Positions 35,398 through 43,477 of a stretch of 43,477 nucleotides of DNA are shown here, piece by piece (the first letter of the stretch is position 1; every line of letters begins with the position of its first letter). The notes beneath the pieces were generated by a model that saw only the letters and a list, made by a program, of their open reading frames with translations, was not told the DNA's origin and made no database searches. The DNA is from Pristiophorus japonicus. Its lineage: Eukaryota. The translations under genes were made by a program, and so were the position numbers. The stretch spans positions 9,568,524 through 9,612,000 of the forward strand of contig NC_091999.1 of assembly GCF_044704955.1 (NCBI RefSeq), given 5' to 3'.

Positions 35398-36322
35398 CAC
35401 AGCATTACGCCCTTCAGCAAAAACCCCTTCAGCCTAACTTTTAGTATAATCCTGCTCTGTATGGCGATATATTTGAAAAATTGTAGCACTCAATCCCATT
35501 ATTGTGAAAATATATCAAAAAACCATTTCAAATGACCATTGTTAATCATTGTGCAGACATGGATATTATTGCCTGTTTTTACCCTAAGCATAACTTATTT
35601 ATTTTTCATTAAAAATGTAGAGCTACCACTTATATATCAGTTCACCAGTAATCTCTGAAAGATTTCCAAGTACTTCTGAAAGTGCTACACTGTCTGAGTA
35701 CTTTCCTGGATTATCACCTTGGATTATATTTTTCATCTCTCGAGTGGGGATCCATCCAACAACTCTCTATCACCAGCAGTTGAGCCAAGTTATGAATTCT
35801 GACAGTTTTCTCTCCAAATTTCTCTCGGTTATTTCAGCTACCTGGGCACCAAGCTCTGGTATTCAATCCTCAAAGCTCTCTGCCAATTTATCACACTCTC
35901 CTGGTTTAACACACTCAGTAAAACCTATCTGATGGAGCAAGGTTTTGATCAGGAATCCTAATATTTCTTTGTGTATCTTGGAATGAATTTTGTTTGATTT
36001 TGGAAGTAATTGTCGTTGCTTAATACACAAAATTATTTGGAACTTTCCAAAAGGGAAATGGATCCAGCTAATCATGATCAATGTTGATAATTTTAGGTTA
36101 ATAAGGTGCACAATAGCAGAAAATGACCTGCACTGATCAGAAGCATCACTCGTAATACCTGAATTATTATATGCATACTCCAATAAGAAGCTCCATAACT
36201 GTTGCAATATTTAGGAATACTTGAACATATAGAGAAATTATTTGATACACTGTAGGCAATGCTAAGAACAAACACATGTATATAAGTAAATAGACAGTCT
36301 CCAGTTGTTAATGAAAACCTAC

Positions 36323-36381
36323 TTGGTTCCACAGTTAACTTTGTCCCTGTCCCAAAGGTAAGCTTGTTAACTCCAAATCCA
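36323..36381 (-). CDS. TRAJ: J-alpha 25: GFGVNKLTFGTGTKLTVEP
   Basis: RSS cacagcc(36382-88)+12+gcaaaaact; donor gtaggt. Confidence 0.95.
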
Positions 36382-37263
36382 CACAGCCATGCGCCCTTTA
36401 GCAAAAACTCCCTTCAGACGAACTTTAGTACATTCCTGCTCTGTCTGGTGGTTATATTTGAACACTTGGTATCACTCAATCCCATTATTGTGAAACGATC
36501 TGTAGTAAATATGTTAAGTTATAATTGATAGTTATTAGACACACATCATCTTTTAAGCCAGGTTATAGCCCAAGAATAACTTATTTCTTTCTCAGTAAAA
36601 ATACTGGGCTACCATTTAGATATCAGTTCTCTGAAAGATTTCCAAGTACTTCTGAAAGCGCTATTCTCTGAATAATTCCCTGGATTATCACTTGGATTTT
36701 ATGTTTCATCTCTCGAGTGGGGTTCCATCTCAACACTCTCTAATGCACAGGACGGGCTGCCAGCAATTGGGCCAAGTTAAGAATTCTGACACCTTTCTCT
36801 CCCAATTTCAGTTGGTTGGTTCAGCTACCTGGGCACCAAGCTCTGGTATTCAATCCCCAAACCTCCCCGCCACTTTATCTCACGTTCCTTGTGTAACACA
36901 CTCCTTAGAACCTAGGTGCTCGGGCAAGGAGCCATTCGAATATTTATTCATGTGGCTCGGTATGAAATATTGTTTGAGAATGAAAGTTGTTGTTAATTAC
37001 GCCATAATATTCGGCATTTTCCCAAAGGGAAATTGATGCAAGAAATCATGATCAATTCAGCTAATTATCTGCACTGATCAGAATCATTACTCATAATATT
37101 TGAATTATGAGATCCATACTCCAATAAGAAGCTGCATAAATGTTCGAATATTTAAAAGTACTTGAACATATAGAGAAATGATTTGATACATTCTAGGCAA
37201 TGCAGAGAATAACCACATATATGTAAGTAAATAGACAGACTACTTTTATCAGTGAATACCTAC

Positions 37264-37326
37264 TTGGGTCCACGGTTAACTTTGTCCCTTTTCCAAAGAT
37301 AAGCTTATTGGTAGCTGCAACATTCA
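37264..37326 (-). CDS. TRAJ: J-alpha 26: NVAATNKLIFGKGTKLTVDP
   Basis: RSS cacagca(37327-33)+12+gcaaaaacc; donor gtaggt. Confidence 0.95.
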
Positions 37327-38239
37327 CACAGCATTGCACCCTTTAGCAAAAACCCCTTCAGCCAAACTTTTAGTATAGTCCTGCTCTGTATGGCGATATA
37401 TTTGAATAATTGGTAACACTCAATCCCATTATTGTGAAAATATATCAAAAAAACCATTTCAAATGACCATTGTTAATCATTGTGCAAACATGGATATTAT
37501 TGCCTGTTTTTACCCTAAGCATAACTTACTTATTTTTCATTAAAAATGTAGAGCTACCACTTATATATCAGTTCACCAGTAATCTCTGAAAGATTTCCAA
37601 GTACTTCTGAAAGTGCTACACTGTCTGAGTACTTCCCTGGATTATCACCTTGGATTATATGTGTCATCAATAGAGTGGGGTTCCATCCCACAACTCTCTA
37701 TCGCCAGCAATTGAGCCAAGTTATGAATTTCTGACACTTTTCTTTCCCAATTTCAGTTGGTTGGTTCAGCTACCTGGGCACCAAGCTCTGGTATTCAATC
37801 CCCAACCTGCCTGTCACTTTATCTCACGTTCCATGTTTAACACACTCCTTAAAAACTAAGTGCTGGGGCCATTCTAATATTTATTTATGTGGCTCGGTAT
37901 GAAATATTGTTTGATAATGAAAGTTGTTGTTGATAATTACGCCACAATATTTGGCATTTTCCCAAAGGAAAATTGATGCAAGTAATCATGATCAATTGAG
38001 ATAATCATTTTAGGTTAATAAGGTGCACAATGGCAGCTAATTATCTGCACTGATCAGAATCATTACTCATAATATTTGAATTATGAGATCCATACGCCAA
38101 TAAGAAACTGCATAACTGTTCCATTATTTAGAAATACTTGAACATATAGAGAAATGATTTGATACATTCTAGGCAATGCAGAGAATAACCACATATATGT
38201 AAGTAAATAGACAGACTACTTTTATCAATGAATACCTAC

Positions 38240-38302
38240 TTGGTTCCACGGTTAACTTTGTCCCTTTTCCAAAAATAAGCTTATTGGTAGCTCCACCAAT
38301 CA
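38240..38302 (-). CDS. TRAJ: J-alpha 27: IGGATNKLIFGKGTKLTVEP
   Basis: RSS cacagca(38303-09)+12+gcaaaaact; donor gtaggt. Confidence 0.95.
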
Positions 38303-39190
38303 CACAGCATTACGCCCTTTAGCAAAAACTCCCTTCAGACTAAATTTTAGTATAATCCTGCTCTGTATGGCGATATATTTGAATAATTGGTAATACTCCA
38401 TCCCATTATTGTGAAACTATCTCTAAAAACCATTTCAAATGACCATTGTTAATCATTGTGCAGACATGGCTATTATTGCTGTTTTTACCCCATTAAAAAT
38501 GTAGAACTACCACTTATATATCAGTTCACCAGTAATCTCTGCAAGATTTTCAAGTACTTCTGAAAGTACGTCCCTGGATTATCACCTTCGATTATATTTG
38601 TCATCTCAGGAGTGGGATTCCATCCAACAACTCTCTATCACCAGCAGTTGAGCCTAGTTATGCATTCTGACAGTTTTCTCTCCAAATTTCTCTCGGTTAT
38701 TTCAGCTACCTGGGCACCAAGCTCTGGTATTCAATCCCCAAAGCTCTCTGCCAATTTATCACACTCTCCTGGTTTAACACACTCAGTAAAACCTATCTGC
38801 TGGAGCAAGGGTTTGATCAGGAATCCTAATATTTCTTTATGTATCTTGGAGTGAATTTTGTTTGATTTTGGAAGTAATTGTCGTTGCTTAATACACAAAA
38901 TTATTTGGCACTTTCCAAAAGGGAAATGGATCCAGCTAATCATGATCAATGTTGATAATTTTAGGTTAATAAGGTGCACAATAGCAGAAAATGACCTGCA
39001 CTGATCAGAAGCATCACTCGTAATACCTGAATTATTATATGCATACTCCAATAAGAAGCTCCATAAATGTTGCAATATTTAGGAATACTTGAACATATAG
39101 AGAAATGATTTGATACACTGTAGGCAATGCTAAGAACAAACACATGTATATAAGTAAATAGACAGTCTCCAGTTGTTAAAGAAAACCTAC

Positions 39191-39249
39191 TTGATTCCAC
39201 AGTTAACTTTGTCCCTGTCCCAAAGGTAAGCTTGTTAACTCCAAATCCA
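39191..39249 (-). CDS. TRAJ: J-alpha 28: GFGVNKLTFGTGTKLTVES
   Basis: RSS cacagcc(39250-56)+12+gcaaaaact; donor gtaggt; near copy of J25. Confidence 0.95.
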
Positions 39250-40155
39250 CACAGCCATGCGCCCTTTAGCAAAAACTCCCTTCAGACGAACTTTAGTACA
39301 TTCCTGCTCTGTCTGGTGGTTATATTTGAACACTTGGTATCACTCAATCCCATTATTGTGAAACTATCTGTAGCAAATATGTTAAGTTATAATTGATAGT
39401 TATTAGACACACATCATCTTTTAAGCCAGTTTATAGCCCAAGAATAACTTATTTCTTTTTCAGTAAAAATACTGGGCTACCATTTAGATATCAGTTCACC
39501 AGAAATCTCTGAAAGATTTCCAAGTACTTCTGAAAGCGCTATTCTCTGAATACTTCCCTGGATTATCACCTTAGATTGTATGTTTCATCTCTCGAGTGGG
39601 GTTCCATCTCAACACTCTCTAATGCACAGGACGGGCTGCCAGCAATTGAGCCAAGTTATGAATTCTGACACTTTTCTCTCCCAATTTCAGTTGGTTGGTT
39701 CAGCTACCTGGGCACCAAGCTCTGGTTTTCAATCCCCAACCTTCCTGTCACTTTATCTCATGTTCCATGTTTAACACACTCCTTAAAAACTACGTGCTGG
39801 GGCAAGGACCCATTCTAATATTTATTCATGTGGCTCGGTATGAAATATTGTTTGATAATGAAAGTTGTTGTTGATAATTACGGCGCACTATTTGGTATTT
39901 TCCCAAAGGGAAATGGATGCAGGTAATCATGATCAATTCAGATAATCATTTTAGGTTAATAAGGTGCAGCTAAGAATCTGCACTGATCAGAATCATCACT
40001 CATAATATTTGACTTATGAGATCCATACTCCAATAAGAAGCTGCATAAATGTTCTATTATTTAGAAATACTTGAACATATAGAGAAATGATTTGCTACAT
40101 TCTAGGCAATGCAGAGAATAACCACATATATGTAAGTTTATCAATGAATACCTAC

Positions 40156-40218
40156 TTGGGTCCACGGTTAACTTTGTCCCTTTTCCAAAAATAAGCTTAT
40201 CGGTAGCTCCACCATTCG
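40156..40218 (-). CDS. TRAJ: J-alpha 29: NGGATDKLIFGKGTKLTVDP
   Basis: RSS cacagca(40219-25)+12+gcaaaaact; donor gtaggt. Confidence 0.95.
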
Positions 40219-41140
40219 CACAGCATTGCACCCTTCAGCAAAAACTCCCTTCAGATTCAATTTTAGTATAATTCTGCTCTGTATGGCGATATATTTGAAT
40301 AATTGGTAACACTCAATCCCATTATTGTGAAACTATCTCTAAAAACCGTTTCAAATGATCATTGTTGATCATTGTGCAGACATGGCTATTATAGCCTGTT
40401 TTTACCTAAGCATACCTTATTTATTTTTCATTAAAATGTAGAGCTACCACTTATATATCAGTTCATCAGTAATCTCTGAAAGATTTCCAAGTACTTCTGA
40501 AAGTGCTACACTCTCTGAGTACTTCCCTAGATTATCACCTTGGATTATATTTGTCATCTCTAGAGTGGGGTTCCATCCCACAACTTTCTATCGCCAGCAG
40601 TTGAACTTGGTTATGAATTCTGACAGTTTTCTCTCCAAATTTCTCTTGGTTATTTCAGCTACCTGGGCACCAAGCTCTGGTATTCAATCCCCAAATCTCT
40701 CTGCCAATTTATCACACTCTCCTGGTTTAACACACTCCGTAAAACCTATCTGCCTGAGCAAGGGTTTGATCAACCATCCTAATATTTCTTTATGTATCTT
40801 GGAGTGAATTTTGATTGATTTTGCAAGTTGTTGTTGTTTAATACACAAGATTATTTGGCATTTTTCGAAAGGGAAACAGATCCAAGTAATCATTTTCAAT
40901 GTTGATAATTTTAGGTTAATAAGGTACATAATGGCAGAAAATGACATGCACTCATTAGAATCACCACCCATAATACCCGAATTACTATATCCTTAATCCA
41001 ATAAGAAGTTGCATAAATGTTCCAATATACTGGAATAATTGAACATATAGAGAAACGATTTGATACGTTGTAGGCAGGGCAAAGAACATACATATGTACA
41101 TAAATAAATAGGCAGCATAAAGTTATTGATGAGTACCTAC

Positions 41141-41200
41141 TTGGTTCAACAGTTAACTTTGTCCCTTTTCCAAAGATACGTTTGTAATCTCCACCAGTCA
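41141..41200 (-). CDS. TRAJ: J-alpha 30: TGGDYKRIFGKGTKLTVEP
   Basis: RSS cacagca(41201-07)+12+gcaaaaact; donor gtaggt. Confidence 0.95.
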
Positions 41201-42138
41201 CACAGCATTGCGCCCTTTAGCAAAAACTCCCTTCAGACTACCTTTAGTACAATCCTGCTCTGTCTGGCAGTTATATTTGAATACTTGGTATTACTCAATC
41301 ACATTATTGTGAAACTATCTGTAGAACCCATTTCAAATGACCATTGGTAATTATTGTGCAAGCATGACTATTATAGCCTGTTTTTACCCTAAGCATAACT
41401 TATTTCTTTGTCTGTAAAAAATTGGGTGATCACTTATATATCAGTTCACCAGAAACCTCAGGATGATTTCCAAGCACTGCTGAAAGTGCTACTGTCTCTC
41501 AATATTTCCCTGGATTATCACCATGGATTATATGTGTCATGTCTAGAGTGGGGTTCCTTCTCACAGCTCTCTAACACACAGGACGGGCTGCCAGCAATTG
41601 AACAAAGTTATGAACTCTGACATTTTCTCTCCCACAATTTCAGTTGGTTGGTTCAGCTACCTGGGCACCAAGCTCTGGTATTCTGTCCCCAAACCTCTCC
41701 GCCTCTTTATCTCACTTTCCTCCTTTAAGACGCTCCTTAAAACCTATCTTCTGTGGCAATATTTTGATCAGGAATCCTAATATTTCTTTTTGTGGCTTGG
41801 AGTGAATTTTGTCTGATTTTGAAAGTTGTTGTTGTTTAATACACAAGATTATTTGGCATTTTCCGCAAGGAACATGGATCCAGGTAATCATGTTCAATGT
41901 TGACAATTTTAGGTTAATAAGATGCATCATGGCAGAAAATGACCTGCACTGATCAGAATCATAACCCATAATACCTGGATTACTATATGCATACTCCAAT
42001 AAGAAGCTGCATAATTGTTCCAATATTCAGCAATACTTGAACATATAGAAAAATGATTTGATACAATGTAGACAGTGAAGAGAACACACACATTTATATA
42101 AGGAAATAGAGAGTCTATAGTTATTAATGAATACCTAC

Positions 42139-42198
42139 TTGGTTCCACAGTTAACTTTGTCCCTGTCCCAAAGATGAGTTTGGTAGCTCCAACATTCA
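42139..42198 (-). CDS. TRAJ: J-alpha 31: NVGATKLIFGTGTKLTVEP
   Basis: RSS cacagca(42199-205)+12+gcaaaaact; donor gtaggt. Confidence 0.95.
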
Positions 42199-43126
42199 CA
42201 CAGCATTGCACCCTTTAGCAAAAACTCCCTTCAGGCTAACTTTAGTGCGTTCCTGCTCTGGCTGGCAGTTATATTTGAATAATTGGTATCACTCAATCCC
42301 ATTATTGTGACACTATCTGTAGAAACCATTTTAAATGATCATTGATAATTATTAGACAAACATCATCTTTTAAGACAGTTTATAGCCCATATTTCTTTTT
42401 CAGTAAAAATATTGGGCTACCATTTATATATCAGTTCACCAGAAATCTCTGTAAAATTTCCAAGTATTTCTGAAAGCGCAACAGTCTCTGAATACTTTCC
42501 TGCATTATCACCTTGGATTATATGTATCATCAATAGAGCGGGGTTCCATCTCACAACTATCTAATGTACAGGACGGGTTGCGATCAATTGGGCCAAGTTA
42601 TGGATTGTGACACATATCTCTCCAAATTTCAGTTTGTTGGTTCAGCTACCCGTGCACCAAGCTCTGGTATTCAATCCCCAAACCTCTCCGCCTCTTTATC
42701 TCTCTCTCTCCTTCTTTAAGACGCTCCTCTACACCTAACTGCTGGAGCAAGCTTTTGATCAGCTATCCTAATATTTCTTTATGTGGCTTGGAGTGAATTT
42801 TGTTTAATTTTGCAAGTTGTTGTTAAATACACAAGATTATTTGGCTTTGTTCACAAGGGAAATGGATTCAGGTAATTATGTTCAATTTTGATAATTTTAA
42901 GTTAATAAGGTGCATAATGGCAGAAAGTGACCTGCACTGACCAGAATCATCACCCACAATACCTGAATTACGATATGCATGCTCCAATAAGAAGCTGCAT
43001 AATTGTTCCAATATTTAGAAATGCTTGAACATATAGAGACATGATTTCATAAATTCTAGGCAATGTACAGAACAACCACATTTATGTAAGTAAATAGACA
43101 GGTTATTTTTATTAATGCATACCTAC

Positions 43127-43186
43127 TTGGTTCCAAAGTTAACCTTGTCCCTTTTCCAAAGATAAGCTTATTATCTCCACTAGTCA
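43127..43186 (-). CDS. TRAJ: J-alpha 32: TSGDNKLIFGKGTRLTLEP
   Basis: RSS cacagca(43187-93)+12+gcaaaaact; donor gtaggt. Confidence 0.95.
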
Positions 43187-43477
43187 CACAGCATTGCGCC
43201 CTTTAGCAAAAACTCCCTTCAGCCTAACTTTACTACATTCCTGCTCTGTCTAGCGGTTATATTTGAATAATTGGTATCACTCAATCCCATTATTGTGAAA
43301 CCATCTGTAGAAACCATTTTAAATGACCAATGATAATTATTGTACAAACATGACTATTGGAGCCTGGTTTTACCCTAAGCAGAACTTATTTATCTTTCAT
43401 TAAAAATGTAGAGCTACTATTTATATATCAGTTCACCAGAAATGTCTGAAAGGTTTCCAAGTACTTCTGAAAGCTCT

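Larger units (their letters stand above)
33100..43477. repeat. Tandem array of ~0.98 kb single-J units (11 copies, continues beyond the window)
   Basis: J donors fall 941-998 bp apart from 33366 to 43127; shared block cagctacctgggcaccaagctctggtattc recurs between successive Js. Confidence 0.95.

Noticed and set aside
34590-42023. Repeated 60-127 aa ORFs on both strands (..SATWAPSSGIQSP..)
   Set aside because: Stops and frames vary between units; they are translations of duplicated non-coding and TE-relic DNA.
33100-43477. CRISPR-like or DGR-like constant/variable array
   Set aside because: Units are about 1 kb and fully explained as RSS-flanked J segments in vertebrate DNA; no cas genes, and the RT fragments are LINE-derived.

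Overview
Eukaryotic, AT-rich, repeat-laden DNA holding the 3' end of a T-cell receptor alpha (TRA/TRD) locus on the minus strand. The C-alpha sequence and repeat families point to a cartilaginous fish (shark or relative); the species cannot be fixed from sequence alone. Reading right to left there are 31 recognisable J-alpha segments plus one relic (15379-43186), nearly all with a 12-bp-spacer RSS and a splice donor. The C-alpha gene follows: Ig-domain exon 10915-11208, hinge exon starting at 10820 and cut by a gap, TM/cytoplasmic exon 9509-9616, and a probable 3'UTR exon at about 4880-5319. The J array is built from nested duplications: a 2-J cassette x4, a 4-J cassette x2, and a ~0.98 kb single-J unit x11 with a ~2.87 kb higher-order period. 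Several J segments are non-canonical or broken. The rest is CR1/L2/RTE LINE fragments, DeuSINE-type SINEs, microsatellites, a 1.8 kb 25-bp minisatellite apparently born inside a LINE, and four assembly gaps. The most interesting unannotated signals are a candidate E-alpha enhancer at about 1-350, an octamer/E-box cluster in the J-C intron, and J CDR3 motifs resembling mammalian TRAJ segments. J numbers are my own, counted outward from C-alpha. No database searches were run.
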